This document shows positions 1-9,849 of a DNA stretch of 64,000 nt, piece after piece. Under the pieces are notes generated by a model. It saw only the letters and a program-made list of their open reading frames with translations. It was not told where the DNA came from and made no database searches. The DNA is from Clostridiales bacterium (GTDB lineage Bacteria; Bacillota; Clostridia; Christensenellales; CAG-138): positions 7,417 through 71,416 of the forward strand of contig SVGX01000002.1 of assembly GCA_015056105.1 (NCBI GenBank), in the 5' to 3' direction. A program made the translations under genes and the position numbers. Within the stretch, counting starts at the first letter, position 1, and each line of letters starts with the position of its first letter.

Positions 1-1143
1 ACCGCCGCAATCAAGAGCGTTTCTGCCCCCGATGACAAGACCTTCGTCGTTGAGCTGAACTACGCTTACTCCCCCTTCCAGACCTACATTCCCGAGATCT
101 GGATCCTCAGCGAAAAGTTCGTGACCGAGCACAACAACGACCTTAGCGATGCCATGTGCGGCACCGGCCCCTACATGCCCGTCAGCATCGACCGCTCCAT
201 CGCCATCGAAGTGACCGCTTTTGATAAGTACTATGGCGAAGCGCCCAAGATCAAGCACATCAAGTGGAACGTGCTCACCGACTCCGCTGCCGCCGCCATG
301 GCGCTCCAGTCCGGCGACCTCGACTTCCTCGACATCAGCTGGTCCCAGGTTCCCACCATGCAAGCCGACCCGAACCTCAACGTCACCAACATCCCCACCT
401 ATCACACCGCTTACATGTCCTTCAACTGCCAGAGCGAGCTCTACAGCGATGTCCGCGTACGCCAGGCACTTGCCATGCTCATCGATGTTGAAGAAATTGG
501 CCTTGTCGCCTTCGAAGGCTATTGCGACAGCGATCCCCTCGTAATGCACCCCGGCCTCATCGGTATGCCCGATGCGGAAGACCTTGATGCCGTTTCCTTC
601 AAGAAGGATCCCGAAAAGGCCCTTGCCCTGCTCGCCGAAGCCGGTTACGACACCAGCAAGGAAATGCACATGGGCTCTATCATCACCTATCCCGAAAACC
701 ACTACCTCTTCAAGCCCGCGCAGGTCATCCAGGCCCAGCTTGCCGAGTACAACGTGATCGTGGAGCTTGAGCCCCTCGAAGCTTCCGCCTGGTCTGCCAG
801 GTACTATGCCGGCGAATATGATCTCGGCGTTCTCGGCGGCTCCTACGGCACCGACATCACCGGTTACGGCAGCGTCCACGGCTCCACCAGCATGGGTAAG
901 AGCGGCGGCAACGGCACCTTCAACTACAACGAGAAGATCGACGAGCTCTTCACCAAGAGCGGTCAGGAGCAGGATCTTGAAAAGCGTAAGGCCATCGGCC
1001 TTGAGCTGCTGCAGGAGCTCTATAACAGCTGCCCGCAGATCGGCGTAGGCCATAAGTACAACATGGCTGCCTACACCAAAGATCTTAATGCCTTCATCCG
1101 TCTTGATTATCAGATCATCGCCGAATGGTCCTGGGCCGCATAA
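1..1143 (+). CDS. ABC transporter substrate-binding protein, family 5 (peptide/nickel type); 5' end cut by window edge
   Basis: Frame 1 is open from base 1 (TAAIKSVSAPDDKTFVVELNYAYSPFQTYIPEIW...) and runs into listed ORF 121..1143. Sequence is SBP_bac_5-like and is followed directly by DppB/C/D/F-type genes. Confidence 0.85.
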   Translation, partial: TAAIKSVSAPDDKTFVVELNYAYSPFQTYIPEIWILSEKFVTEHNNDLSDAMCGTGPYMPVSIDRSIAIEVTAFDKYYGEAPKIKHIKWNVLTDSAAAAMALQSGDLDFLDISWSQVPTMQADPNLNVTNIPTYHTAYMSFNCQSELYSDVRVRQALAMLIDVEEIGLVAFEGYCDSDPLVMHPGLIGMPDAEDLDAVSFKKDPEKALALLAEAGYDTSKEMHMGSIITYPENHYLFKPAQVIQAQLAEYNVIVELEPLEASAWSARYYAGEYDLGVLGGSYGTDITGYGSVHGSTSMGKSGGNGTFNYNEKIDELFTKSGQEQDLEKRKAIGLELLQELYNSCPQIGVGHKYNMAAYTKDLNAFIRLDYQIIAEWSWAA

Positions 1144-1215
1144 GCACCGTTTCCCTTTGACACTTTGAACTCTAAGAACCCTTTAAACCTTTTTCAAACA
1201 GAAAGGCTTTAAACT

Positions 1216-2148
1216 ATGTGGAAATACATACTCAGACGAATTTTCTTAATGATTCCGGTACTGCTTGCCATATCATTTGTGATTTTCAGTCTGATGACAC
1301 TCTCGCCCGGCGATCCGGGCAGCGCGATCCTGGGGGCCTCCGCTGAGCCGGAGGCCATCCAGGCTTTCAACGAAAGTGTTGGCTATTACGATCCCTTCTT
1401 TGTGCGCTACGGTAACTACCTGAAAAACCTGATCTTCAAATTTGATCTCGGTATTTCCTGGGCTACGAAAAACAGCCTTGCCGCAGAGATCGCCAACCGT
1501 TTCCCCATCACTTTCCAGATCGCCGTTTATTCCATGGTGGTTGCGATCATCGTGGGTATCCCGCTCGGAGTGTTGTCCGCTGTCAAGCAGTATTCCATGC
1601 TGGACCATATCTGCCGCGTTATGGCCATTGCCCTTGCCTCTGTTCCCTTCTTCTGGCTTGGCCTGATGATGATCTATTGGTTCTCATTAAAGCTGCATCT
1701 GCTTCCCGCATTCGGCGCCACCTCCTTTGCCTGCTATGTGCTGCCCTGCGTTGCACTCGGCCTGCACTATGCCGGTAGGGAGCTTCGCATGACCCGTTCC
1801 TGCATGTTGGAAAATCTCAGGCAGGACTTCATCCGTACCGCCCGTGCAAAGGGTGTCAAGGAGGAGCGTGTGATCCTGCACCATGCGCTGCGCAACTCCC
1901 TTCTCCCCATCCTGACCACCATCGGCTCCCATTTCGGTATGCTTCTTGGCGGCGCGATCGTAACGGAAAGCCTCTTCTCCATGCCCGGCATCGGCTATTA
2001 TCTTCTGACCAGTATCCGCTCCAAGGATACTCCCGCCACCATGGCTGTCGCGATGGTCATGGCGCTGTCCTTCTCGGTGGTCATGCTGGTTGTGGACATT
2101 TTGTATGCACAGATCGACCCGCGTATCAAGGCGCGGTTCTCCAAGTAG
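1216..2148 (+). CDS. ABC transporter permease (DppB/OppB-like)
   Basis: N-terminus MWKYILRRIFLMIPVLL and a multi-TM body typical of DppB/OppB permeases; sits in the operon after the SBP gene. Confidence 0.9.
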   Translation: MWKYILRRIFLMIPVLLAISFVIFSLMTLSPGDPGSAILGASAEPEAIQAFNESVGYYDPFFVRYGNYLKNLIFKFDLGISWATKNSLAAEIANRFPITFQIAVYSMVVAIIVGIPLGVLSAVKQYSMLDHICRVMAIALASVPFFWLGLMMIYWFSLKLHLLPAFGATSFACYVLPCVALGLHYAGRELRMTRSCMLENLRQDFIRTARAKGVKEERVILHHALRNSLLPILTTIGSHFGMLLGGAIVTESLFSMPGIGYYLLTSIRSKDTPATMAVAMVMALSFSVVMLVVDILYAQIDPRIKARFSK

Positions 2149-2160
2149 AGAGGAACGCCT

Positions 2161-3036
2161 ATGAGTAAGAATATGAACAACAAAAAGAAAAAAGAGAGCC
2201 AGATAAAGGGCATTTGGCACCGCTTCAAAAAGAATAAATCCGCTTTAGTGGCGTTTTACCTGCTGATCTTCGTAGCACTGGTGGCCATTTTCGCCAGTGT
2301 TATCGTGGATCCGGAGCTTGTGACTAAGCAGGTCATCAGGGAGCGCCTGCAGAGTCCCTCTCTGCAGCATCTCTTCGGCACGGACGGCTACGGCCGCGAC
2401 ATGTTCGCCCGCATCGTGCATGCAGCGAAATATTCCCTTTCCATCGGCATCATTTCCGCATGCTTTTCGCTGATCGCCGGCGCGCTGATCGGCGCGTGTG
2501 CCTCCCTTTACGGCGGCTTTGTGGATAACGTGCTCATGCGCGCCATCGACGTGCTTGCATCCATCCCGGGCACACTTCTTGCCCTTGTTATCGTGGCCTC
2601 CCTTGGCGCCAACATGATCAACCTGCTTGTTGCCATCAGCATTTCAGGCATTCCCGTTTTTGCAAGGCTTGCCCGCTCCTCCATGCTTGGCGTCATCGAT
2701 TCGGACTATGTTGTGGCAGCAAGAATCTACGGCACTTCCGATATGCGCCTTATGGTAAAGCATATCCTGCCCAATGCCCTCGGTCCCCTGATCGTGCAGA
2801 CCACCATGACCGTTTCCGGCAACATCCTTACCGCAGCTTCCCTTTCCTTCATCGGCCTCGGCATCCAGCCTCCGGAGCCCGAATGGGGCAGCCTGCTCAA
2901 TGCCGGCAAGGAGTTCATGCAGGAGCACATCTACCTCCTGGTCATCCCGGGCGTTGCACTTCTTGTTACCGCGCTTGCCGTTAACCTTGTGGGCGACGGT
3001 CTCCGAGATGCCCTTGACCCCAGGCTGAAGTCTTAA
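2161..3036 (+). CDS. ABC transporter permease (DppC/OppC-like)
   Basis: RBS GAGAGGA upstream. The HLFGTDGYGRDMFARIV motif is typical of DppC/OppC, followed by a multi-TM body. Confidence 0.9.
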   Translation: MSKNMNNKKKKESQIKGIWHRFKKNKSALVAFYLLIFVALVAIFASVIVDPELVTKQVIRERLQSPSLQHLFGTDGYGRDMFARIVHAAKYSLSIGIISACFSLIAGALIGACASLYGGFVDNVLMRAIDVLASIPGTLLALVIVASLGANMINLLVAISISGIPVFARLARSSMLGVIDSDYVVAARIYGTSDMRLMVKHILPNALGPLIVQTTMTVSGNILTAASLSFIGLGIQPPEPEWGSLLNAGKEFMQEHIYLLVIPGVALLVTALAVNLVGDGLRDALDPRLKS

Positions 3037-3050
3037 AGGGGGAAGCTAAT

Positions 3051-4052
3051 ATGAGTGAACAGATTTTAAACGTAAAAGGCCTTGAAACCGTTTACAAAAC
3101 GGATAAAGAAACCGTCCGTGCCGTCAACAGCATCTCCTTCACCCTTGACAAAGGTGAAACCCTCGGTATCGTTGGCGAGACCGGCTCCGGCAAAACCACT
3201 ACTGCACTTTCCATCCTGCGCCTTCTTCCCTCCATCAGCGGCAGGATCCTGAACGGCAGCATCGAATTCGACGGCGAAGACCTTCTCAAACTGCCCGAAA
3301 AGCAGATGCGCAAGGTGCGCGGCAAGCGCATCTCCATGATCTTCCAGGATCCCATGACCTCCCTGAACCCGCTTGATACCGTGGAAGAGCAGCTGCGCGA
3401 AGCGCTGAGCGTCCACGCGGAATCCAGCGGCCTCAGCAAGGCCGATATCGAAGCGCGCATCGATGAAGTTCTGACCCTCGTGGGCATCGTCCCCGAGCGC
3501 AAGAGCGAATACCCGCATCAGTTTTCCGGCGGCATGAAGCAGCGCGTGGTCATCGCCATGGCCCTTGCATGCAACCCGGAACTGATCATTGCAGATGAAC
3601 CTACCACCGCCCTTGATGTGACCATTCAGGCGCAGGTGCTTGCCATGATCAACGAGCTTAAGGATAAGCTCAACACCGCCATGATCATGATCACCCATGA
3701 CCTTGGCATCGTGGCGGAGACCTGCGACAAGGTCGCCATCATGTATGCGGGCGAATTCATTGAATCGGGCACCGTGGAAGAGATCATCGAAAGCGAATAT
3801 CACCATCCCTACACCATCGGCCTTTTCGGCTCCATCCCAAGCCTTACCGGCAACGAAACACGTCTTTCGCCGATCCTTGGCCTGATGCCCGACCCGACCG
3901 ACCTGCCCCAGGGCTGCTTCTTCTCGCCCAGGTGCAAGCACTGCACCGAGCGCTGCAAAACGGAGCACCCGCCGGAGTATTGGAACGGCACGCATAAAAT
4001 TCAGTGCTTCCTTTTCGAAGGAAAGGAAAACTGGGAAAAGAAGGGGGAATAA
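3051..4052 (+). CDS. ABC transporter ATP-binding protein (DppD/OppD-like)
   Basis: Walker A GETGSGKT, signature FSGGMKQRV, Walker [12 protein letters not shown], and a C-terminal HPYT/Cys-rich oligopeptide-transporter tail. Confidence 0.92.
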   Translation: MSEQILNVKGLETVYKTDKETVRAVNSISFTLDKGETLGIVGETGSGKTTTALSILRLLPSISGRILNGSIEFDGEDLLKLPEKQMRKVRGKRISMIFQDPMTSLNPLDTVEEQLREALSVHAESSGLSKADIEARIDEVLTLVGIVPERKSEYPHQFSGGMKQRVVIAMALACNPELIIADEPTTALDVTIQAQVLAMINELKDKLNTAMIMITHDLGIVAETCDKVAIMYAGEFIESGTVEEIIESEYHHPYTIGLFGSIPSLTGNETRLSPILGLMPDPTDLPQGCFFSPRCKHCTERCKTEHPPEYWNGTHKIQCFLFEGKENWEKKGE

Positions 4053-4055
4053 AAG

Positions 4056-5017
4056 ATGAGCAACCAGCCGCATCTTCAGATCGAAGGACTTGATAAGTTC
4101 TTTAACGTCCCAAGGGCGTGCTCAAGGCAGTCAACAACGTCAGCTTCAGCGTTGAGAGGGGCAGGACCATCGGCGTTGTCGGTGAATCCGGCTGCGGTAA
4201 ATCCACGCTGGGCAAGACCATCCTGCGTATCCACCAGCCCACCGCCGGCAAGATCCTTCTCAACGGCGAAGACATCATGCAGATGACCAAACAGCAGCAG
4301 AAGAGCTACTACCAGAAAATGCAGATGATCTTCCAGGATCCCAACGCCTGCATCAACCCCCGCATGTCAGTAGCAGACGTGATCGGCGACCCGCTTAAAG
4401 TCAACAAGCTAACCTCCAGCAAAGCGGAACTTGAAGCCAAGGTGGATGACCTGATGGAGACCGTGGGTCTTGCGCAAAGGCTTTACGGCGCCTATCCCCA
4501 CGAGCTGGATGGCGGCCGTCTGCAGCGTGTTGGCATCGCCCGCGCGCTGGCGCTGAACCCGGAATTCATCGTTTGTGACGAGCCGGTTTCCGCCCTTGAC
4601 GTTTCCATTCAGGCCCAGATACTCAACCTTCTGATGGATCTGCAGGACGAAAAGAAACTCACCTATCTTTTCATCACCCACGACCTGAGCGTTGTGCGCC
4701 ACATTTCCAACACCATCATGGTCATGTACCTTGGTCACTGTGTCGAAATGGCGCCCACCAAGGAGCTGTTTGAAAACCCGCAGCATCCCTATACCAAGGC
4801 ATTGCTTGCAGCCATCCCCAAGATCGACCTTGCCTTCCGCAAGAGCGGCAAGAAGCGCCAGCTGATCCAGGGCGAGCTTGTCAGCCCCATCAACCCGAAG
4901 CCCGGCTGCCCCTTCGCTGCCCGATGCGATTATGTAACGGATCAATGCATAGGTGAAGACCTTGAATTGAAGGACCTTGGCAACAACCACTGTGTGGCAT
5001 GCCGCTTGTTTGAATAA
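4056..5017 (+). pseudogene. ABC transporter ATP-binding protein (DppF/OppF-like) with an apparent 1-nt frameshift near the 5' end
   Basis: ATG 4056 has RBS AAGGGGGA upstream and encodes MSNQPHLQIEGLDKFFNVP, which matches the N-terminus of paralogue 30807..31769 (MSTLVEVQNLKKYFKTPRGLLHAVDDINF). The frame changes at C-run 4109-4111 into ORF 4118..5017 (VLKAVNNVSFSVERGRTIGVVGESGCGKST...). Confidence 0.75.
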
Positions 5018-5033
5018 AAGGAGGATCGCCGGA

Positions 5034-6548
5034 ATGAAGATCATCGTTGGAAAAATCGGCCATGAAGCCAACACTTTTGCAGATGGCTGTGCGGATTTTG
5101 CAAAATGGAGCAGCAACGGGTACCATGCCGACGCTGCGCTGCTTAAGCACTTTACAGAAGTGAACAAGCTTGATTATCTTTCCGGCATGATCAGCGTAGC
5201 GCGCGCGGCGGGGGCTGAAGTGATCCCCACCGTTGCGCTGCTCAACGCTGCGCCGCTTATTGCAAAGGACGCCTACGAATATGTGCTTGGCGATCTTTTG
5301 GACAGGATCCGCGCCAACTGTCGGGATGTGGACGGCATTTGCCTTGCGCTCCACGGCGCCGGCTGCGCCGAGGGCGTGGACGATATGGAAGCGGATATCC
5401 TGCAGAAAGTAAGGGAGATCGTGGGCGATGATATGCCCATCACCATTACCCTTGACCTCCACGCCAACATGTCGGATGACATGGTGCGCCTTGCAAACGG
5501 CATCTTTCCTTTGAAGCAATACCCCCATATCGACAGGATCGAAGCTGCCACCCTTGCGATGGAATCGCTGATCGCCATGATCGAAAAGCGCAAAAACCTC
5601 TATATGCGCCTGATCAAAATGCCGCTGCTCATCTCCCCCGCAACGGGAAACACCATGACCATGCCCATGAAGAGCTTCATGGAATATGTAAAAGGCTATG
5701 TGGCGGATACCGGCATTTTGGATGCCAGCCTGCTCCACGGCTTCCCTTATGCGGACAGGTCCATTGCCGGTGCCAGCATCCTGACGGTCTCCGACAAATG
5801 TCAGGAGGAAGCAGACAATGCAGCAGAAGAGCTTGCGCAAAGCGTCTGGAACAGGCGTGAAGAGCTTCTTCCCCATGTGATCAGCGCCAAACAGGGTGTG
5901 GATCTTGCCCTTCAGGACCTTGAAGGCACCGCATCCGGCTATGTTGTGCTGGCCGACAGCTCCGACAATCCCGGCGGCGGTGCCCCCGGCGACAACACGC
6001 TGCTTTTGAAGGAGCTTCTTGACCGGGATATCCCCGGCAGCATCATGGGTTACATTGCGGATGGCGAAACCACCGCCCTTGCCCATGCAGCCGGCGTTGG
6101 CGGCCGCATCAGCGGCATGCTCGGCGGCAAAACCTCCTCCCTCTCCGGACAGCCCATCCCCTTTAAGGATGCCTATGTATGCGCCCTTTCCGACGGCAAT
6201 GTGGTTTACAACACCAACGTTGTCAGCGGCAAAGGCTGCTACGGTAAGTCCGCCAGGATCCGTATCGGCAATGTGGAGGTCGTTGTTGCAGAAAAATTGA
6301 CCCAGCAGACCTTCGACAACACGCCCTTCCTGATGGTAGGTGCGGATATTGACCATTACCGCATCGTAAGCGTCAAATCCTCCAACCATTTTAGAGCCTG
6401 GTTTGCGGGCCGCGCAAAATCCATCTATGTTGTCAGCACGCCCGGCGTGCACACGGCAGATCTTGCTTCGCTCCCGTACAAGCAGATCTCCCGCCCCATC
6501 TATCCGCTGGATTTGGATATCGTTTGGAATGTTCCTCGAAAGGATTGA
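5034..6548 (+). CDS. M81 family metallopeptidase (MlrC-like)
   Basis: RBS AAGGAGG precedes ATG 5034. MKIIVGKIGHEANTF..., ...GICLALHGAG... and ...ITLDLHANMSD... are typical of MlrC/DUF1485 proteins. Confidence 0.85.
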   Translation: MKIIVGKIGHEANTFADGCADFAKWSSNGYHADAALLKHFTEVNKLDYLSGMISVARAAGAEVIPTVALLNAAPLIAKDAYEYVLGDLLDRIRANCRDVDGICLALHGAGCAEGVDDMEADILQKVREIVGDDMPITITLDLHANMSDDMVRLANGIFPLKQYPHIDRIEAATLAMESLIAMIEKRKNLYMRLIKMPLLISPATGNTMTMPMKSFMEYVKGYVADTGILDASLLHGFPYADRSIAGASILTVSDKCQEEADNAAEELAQSVWNRREELLPHVISAKQGVDLALQDLEGTASGYVVLADSSDNPGGGAPGDNTLLLKELLDRDIPGSIMGYIADGETTALAHAAGVGGRISGMLGGKTSSLSGQPIPFKDAYVCALSDGNVVYNTNVVSGKGCYGKSARIRIGNVEVVVAEKLTQQTFDNTPFLMVGADIDHYRIVSVKSSNHFRAWFAGRAKSIYVVSTPGVHTADLASLPYKQISRPIYPLDLDIVWNVPRKD

Positions 6549-6551
6549 CAC

Positions 6552-8096
6552 ATGAGCGATTTGATCAACGGATTTTATGAGAAGCTTTCTGCCGTCTATC
6601 AGGGCGGCGGTGAAAAAGCCGTTGCAGCACAGCATGGCAAGGGTAAATACACCGCAAGGGAACGTTTGGGCCTCCTGTTTGATCCCGGCACCTTTGTTGA
6701 GCTCGATACCTTTGCCAAGCACCGCTGCACAGATTTCGGCATGGAAACCAAAGCCGCTCCCGGCGACGGCGTCATCACGGGCTTTGGCAAGGTCAACGGC
6801 CGCCTGACTTACGCCTATGCACAGGATTTCACCGTGCTCGGCGGTTCCCTCGGCGAAACCCATGCCGCCAAGATCGTAAAAGTGCAGGATTATGCCCTTA
6901 AGAACAGGGCCCCCATCGTCGGCCTGATGGACAGCGGCGGTGCCCGCATTCAGGAAGGTGTCAACGCCCTGGTGGGCTTTGGCGACATCTTCTACCGCAA
7001 CACCATTTCCTCCGGCGTGATCCCGCAGATCTCCGCCATCATGGGCCCCTGCGCCGGCGGTGCGGTCTATTCCCCCGCCATTGCAGACTTCATCATGATG
7101 GTGGACAACACATCCCACATGTTTATTACCGGCCCGGATGTCATCAAATCCGTCACCGGCGAGAATATCACCTTTGAAGCACTGGGCGGAACATCGGCCC
7201 ACTGCAATGTCAGCGGCGTTTCCCATTTCCGCAGCCCGGATGAAAGGCAGTGCATCGAGAAGATCAAGGAACTGCTGGCATTCCTGCCCCAGAGCAACAG
7301 CGTTTCCGTTCCCGATGCGGATTTCGGCGACGCAGCGGAGCGGGTCGCGCCTGAGCTGAACAGCATCATTCCCGACACTGCCCGCCGTGCATACGATATG
7401 TATGATGTGATCCGTCCCATCGTGGATAACGGCTACTTCCTTGAAGTGCACGAGGGTTTTGCCCGAAACATGATCACCTGTTTTGCCCGCATCATGGGCA
7501 AAACCGTAGGCATCATCGCCAACCAGCCCAAGGTGATGGCAGGCTGCATCGATGTCAATGCTTCCGATAAGGCGGCAAGGTTCATCCGTACCTGCGATGC
7601 CTTCAACATCCCCGTTGTGAACTTCGTGGATGTGCCCGGCTTCCTGCCCGGCACCAGCCAGGAGCATCAGGGCATCATCCGCCACGGCGCAAAGCTGCTG
7701 TTCGCCTACAGCGAAGCCACCGTGCCGAAGGTGACCATCGTGACACGCAAAGCCTACGGCGGCGCCTATGTAGCTATGTGCTGTAGAAGCCTTGGCGCAG
7801 ATATGGTTTACGCCTGGCCCAGCGCAGAGATCGCCGTAATGGGTGCGGAAGGCGCAGCCAACATCGTATTCAAAAAGGAGATCGCCGCCGCAGAGGATGC
7901 GCAGGCCAAGCGCCTTGAAAAAGTGGAAGAATACAAGGCCCGGTTCTCCGGCCCCTATCCCGCCGCGGAGCGCGGCTACATCGATGAAGTCATCGAACCC
8001 GCACGCACCCGTAGTTATATCTCCATCGCACTGGAGGCAGGCAAAGAAAAGCAGCAATCTCTCCCCGCGAAAAAGCACGGAAACATTCCGCTGTAA
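6552..8096 (+). CDS. acyl-CoA carboxylase carboxyltransferase subunit (methylmalonyl-CoA carboxyltransferase / propionyl-CoA carboxylase beta type)
   Basis: Strong family resemblance: GKYTARERLGLLFDPGTFVELD, GDGVITGFGKVNGR, DFTVLGGSLGE, MDSGGARIQEGV, MGPCAGGAVYSPA. Start lies 4 nt after the MlrC-like stop. Confidence 0.9.
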   Translation: MSDLINGFYEKLSAVYQGGGEKAVAAQHGKGKYTARERLGLLFDPGTFVELDTFAKHRCTDFGMETKAAPGDGVITGFGKVNGRLTYAYAQDFTVLGGSLGETHAAKIVKVQDYALKNRAPIVGLMDSGGARIQEGVNALVGFGDIFYRNTISSGVIPQISAIMGPCAGGAVYSPAIADFIMMVDNTSHMFITGPDVIKSVTGENITFEALGGTSAHCNVSGVSHFRSPDERQCIEKIKELLAFLPQSNSVSVPDADFGDAAERVAPELNSIIPDTARRAYDMYDVIRPIVDNGYFLEVHEGFARNMITCFARIMGKTVGIIANQPKVMAGCIDVNASDKAARFIRTCDAFNIPVVNFVDVPGFLPGTSQEHQGIIRHGAKLLFAYSEATVPKVTIVTRKAYGGAYVAMCCRSLGADMVYAWPSAEIAVMGAEGAANIVFKKEIAAAEDAQAKRLEKVEEYKARFSGPYPAAERGYIDEVIEPARTRSYISIALEAGKEKQQSLPAKKHGNIPL

Positions 8097-8130
8097 TGCT
8101 TCTTTCATACTGTTCTCTCTAGACCCAAAT

Positions 8131-8179
8131 GCGAAAGCCCCGGGGTATTGGCCTCCCCGGGGCTTTCGCACATCTTTTC
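8131..8179 (+). terminator. intrinsic terminator-like hairpin after the carboxyltransferase gene
   Basis: GCGAAAGCCCCGGGG (8131-8145) pairs with CCCCGGGGCTTTCGC (8155-8169), followed by a T-containing tail CATCTTTTC. Confidence 0.7.
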
Positions 8180-8208
8180 TTGCATCAAAAATCGATTTCC
8201 GTTACAAT
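8180..8208 (+). promoter_or_regulatory. sigma-70-like promoter for the GtrA-family gene
   Basis: TTGCAT (8180-8185), 17-nt spacer, TACAAT (8203-8208). Confidence 0.55.
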
Positions 8209-8252
8209 AAAGCATCATTCCTTTTATTCTTCCTTATGAAAGTGAGAACCTT

Positions 8253-8675
8253 ATGAAAAACGAAAACACAAAAAAAGAATTGCTGCGCACGCTGAAATTC
8301 GTGCTGTTCTCCGCCAGCGCAGGCATCATTCAGGTGGCAAGCTTCACCCTGTTTGAGGAGCTTCTGCACCTTGAGCACTGGCTTTCCTACCTTGTGTCGC
8401 TGGTGCTTTCCGTGCTGTGGAACTTCACGCTGAACCGGAAATTCACCTTCTGTTCCGCCGGCAACATCCCCGTTGCCATGGCAAAAACCGCCCTTTTCTA
8501 TCTGGTGTTCACGCCTCTTTCCACCTGGTGGACCGCAGCGCTGACATCCCCCTCCGTAGGCTGGAACGAATATCTTGTGCTGGCGCTGACCATGGCATCC
8601 AACTTTATTCTTGAATACCTTTATCAGCGTTTCTTTGTGTTCGGCAAAAGCATCGATACAGCAAAAAAGAAATAA
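8253..8675 (+). CDS. GtrA family membrane protein
   Basis: 140 aa with four predicted TM segments. Layout is GtrA-like (FVLFSASAGIIQVASFTLFE..., ...NFTLNRKFTF...). Confidence 0.75.
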   Translation: MKNENTKKELLRTLKFVLFSASAGIIQVASFTLFEELLHLEHWLSYLVSLVLSVLWNFTLNRKFTFCSAGNIPVAMAKTALFYLVFTPLSTWWTAALTSPSVGWNEYLVLALTMASNFILEYLYQRFFVFGKSIDTAKKK

Positions 8676-8682
8676 ACAGCAT

Positions 8683-8712
8683 AAAAAAGAGCGGTTTTCA
8701 CCGCTCTTTTTT
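8683..8712. terminator. bidirectional intrinsic terminator between convergent genes
   Basis: A6-AGAGCGG-TTTTCA-CCGCTCT-T6, symmetric with A/T runs on both sides. Confidence 0.8.
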
Positions 8713-8738
8713 CATATTATATAATATTTAATTTTTTG

Positions 8739-9497
8739 TTATCCGAGCAGCACATCGGAAACAAGCATCAGACAAAAGCCCGCAAGCAGAGCATAGGTAG
8801 CATAGCGCTGCGCGCCGTGGGCATGGGTCTCCGGGATCATCTCATCGCTGATGACGTAAAGCATGGTGCCGCCGGCAAAGGCAAGGGCAAAGGGCAATAC
8901 GGCCGATGCTACCGACACCACAAAGTAGCCGAGCAGCGTGCCCACCACTTCAACAAGCCCCGTTGCCAAAGCGCAGAGGAATGTCTTTTTGAGCGGGATA
9001 CCCGCGGCCAGCATAGGCGCGATGATCACCATGCCTTCCGGAATGTTCTGCAGGGCGATGCCGCCCGCAATCAGCAGCGCCTCCGCCGTGTTGCCGCTGC
9101 CGAAGCCGACGCCCGCGGCGATGCCTTCCGGGAAATTGTGGATGGCGATGGCCATCACAAACAGCAGCACCTTTCCGGTGCGGCCGGCATCCGGGTGCGG
9201 CTCTTCCTGGCCGCTGCCCAGAATGTTATGCAGGTGCGGCACCAGACGGTCGATCACATTGAGGGAAAGCGCGCCGGCAAAGATGCCCGCCACCGTGATG
9301 AGGATACCGAATTTCCCTCCGTATTCAACGGAAGGAAGGATGAGCCCCAGCACCGCTGCCGCCAGCATCACGCCTGCAGCGAATGCAAGCACGGTATCGC
9401 TGAATTGATGCGTCGTTTTTTTGAAGATCACGCCCAGCAGAGCGCCGATGGCTGTTGCTCCGCCCACACCCAGAGCTGTCAATAGTACCATTCCCAT
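8739..9497 (-). CDS. ZIP family metal (zinc) transporter
   Basis: 252 aa, multi-TM and Gly/Ala-rich, with an HNFPEG motif (IAIHNFPEGIAAG) characteristic of ZIP/ZupT proteins. Confidence 0.85.
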   Translation of the reverse strand: MGMVLLTALGVGGATAIGALLGVIFKKTTHQFSDTVLAFAAGVMLAAAVLGLILPSVEYGGKFGILITVAGIFAGALSLNVIDRLVPHLHNILGSGQEEPHPDAGRTGKVLLFVMAIAIHNFPEGIAAGVGFGSGNTAEALLIAGGIALQNIPEGMVIIAPMLAAGIPLKKTFLCALATGLVEVVGTLLGYFVVSVASAVLPFALAFAGGTMLYVISDEMIPETHAHGAQRYATYALLAGFCLMLVSDVLLG

Positions 9498-9820
9498 AAG
9501 GTTGCTGTTCCTTCCATTCTATAAAATGAAAACCGGTCCTTTTACCGCTTTATATATAGTATAGCAGAAAGGCGGTTTTACCGAAAGACCATCTCTATTC
9601 CCCTTTCCCTCCGCTGTTTTCTATGCCGCTCCTCTTTACAAAAATGCAATTCAGGTTTTTTCATTTATTTCATTCTGTTTATGCATCACAAATTGGCTCT
9701 CTATCATTCTATTGTTTATTTACTGCGGCTTGTTCAACTATCATCAATCGAATTTGCGTTTTTTTGCTGAATTTTATATGTAAACCTATAATTAATGCCA
9801 ATTTTAATACAAATTGTCGC

Positions 9821-9849
9821 TTGCGGTATGTCGATCACACTTGTATAAT
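9821..9849 (+). promoter_or_regulatory. candidate sigma-70 promoter inside the AT-rich spacer
   Basis: TTGCGG (9821-9826), 17-nt spacer, TATAAT (9844-9849) preceded by TG. It would give a roughly 400-nt leader to the ABC operon starting at 10253. Confidence 0.4.

Noticed and set aside
4890-8171. 1093-aa minus-strand ORF, the longest in the track
   Set aside because: It lies antisense to two well-supported plus-strand genes (MlrC-like, carboxyltransferase). Its composition is Gly/Ala/His/Asp-rich with no motifs or SD, which is typical of open antisense frames in GC-rich coding DNA.
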